NCBI GenBank assembly: GCA_964016885.1
Contig: OZ024764.1
Coordinates: forward strand, 27,218,001-27,282,000
DNA length: 64,000 nt
Reading direction: 5' to 3'
Source of the DNA: Eledone cirrhosa
Taxonomy: Eukaryota
Shown: positions 63,301-64,000 of the stretch, piece by piece
How positions within the stretch are numbered: the stretch's first letter is position 1
How the letters are laid out: every line of letters starts with the position of its first letter
Position numbers and translations under genes: made by a program
The notes under the pieces: model-generated
Databases searched by the model: none
What the model saw: the letters and a program-made list of their open reading frames with translations, nothing else
What the model was told of the DNA's origin: nothing

Positions 63301-64000
63301 AGAGAGAGCGAGATGAAACGAGAGAGAGGAAGAGAGAGAGCGCGAGATGAAAGTCTGTCATGTAATGTTATGGACATATCTGCCCCTGGGGCTAATAATT
63401 GTCATGTAATGTTATGGACATATCTGCCCTTGGGGCTAATAATTGTCATGTAATGTTATGTACATCTCTGCCCCTGTGGCAAATAATTCTGTCATGTAAT
63501 GTTATGGACATCTCTGTCCCTGTGGCTAATAATTATGTCATGTAATGTTATGGACATCTCTGCCCCTGTGGCTAATAATTCTGTCATGTAATGTTATGGA
63601 CATCTCTGCCCCTGTGGCTAATAAATTCGTCATGTAATGTTATGGACATCTCTGCCCCTGTGGCTAATAAATCTGTCATGTAATGTTATGGACATCTCTG
63701 CCCCTGTGGCTAATAATTCTGACATGTAATGTTATGGATATCTCTGCCCCTGTGGCTAATAATTCTGAGAGAGATGAAACAAGTGAGGGATAAGAGAGAG
63801 ATGAAACAAGTGAGGGATTAGAGTGTTGAAACAAGAGAGAGAGAGGAAGAGAGAGTGAGAGCGAGATCAAACGAGAGAGAGAGAGCGAGATGAAATGAGA
63901 GAGTGAGAGCGAGATGAAACGAGAGAGAGAGAGCGAGATGAAATGAGAGAGAGAGAGCGAGATGAAATGAGAGAGAGAGAGCGAGATGAAACGAGACAGA
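54338..64000 (+). repeat. Composite satellite, purine-rich orientation; right arm of macro-unit 2, runs off the right edge
   Basis: Collinear with 27781-~37430 (for example ORFs 37105/63676). Confidence 0.97.

Overview
Eukaryotic, gene-free repeat DNA. A tRNA-derived SINE resembles, from memory, an abundant octopod (Octopus-type) SINE, so a cephalopod source is likely but unverified. About two thirds of the window is one composite satellite: clusters of a 46-bp monomer (tgtcatgtaatgttatggacatctctgcccctgtggctaataattc) alternate with 0.3-1.7 kb GA-rich blocks (core gcgagatgaaac + (ga)n) through fixed linkers. The window is a head-to-tail concatemer of a ~27-32 kb macro-unit: [pyrimidine-strand satellite arm]-[10-11 kb transposon-debris core]-[purine-strand satellite arm]. 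Neighbouring units meet at an identical head-to-head inversion junction (6977-6983 and 38563-38569). The core (16351-27780, repeated at 44028-54337) holds an internally deleted Helitron Rep-helicase pseudogene plus a partial duplicate, SINEs, two CRE-like retrotransposon endonuclease fragments, hAT-like termini, a MITE, 55-bp and 40-bp minisatellites, and a pair of long palindromes. One palindrome arm is removed by a 1122-bp deletion in the second copy. Nearly all ORFs in the track are low-complexity translations of the satellite, and no intact protein-coding gene is supported. All family calls come from reading motifs by eye, not from database searches.
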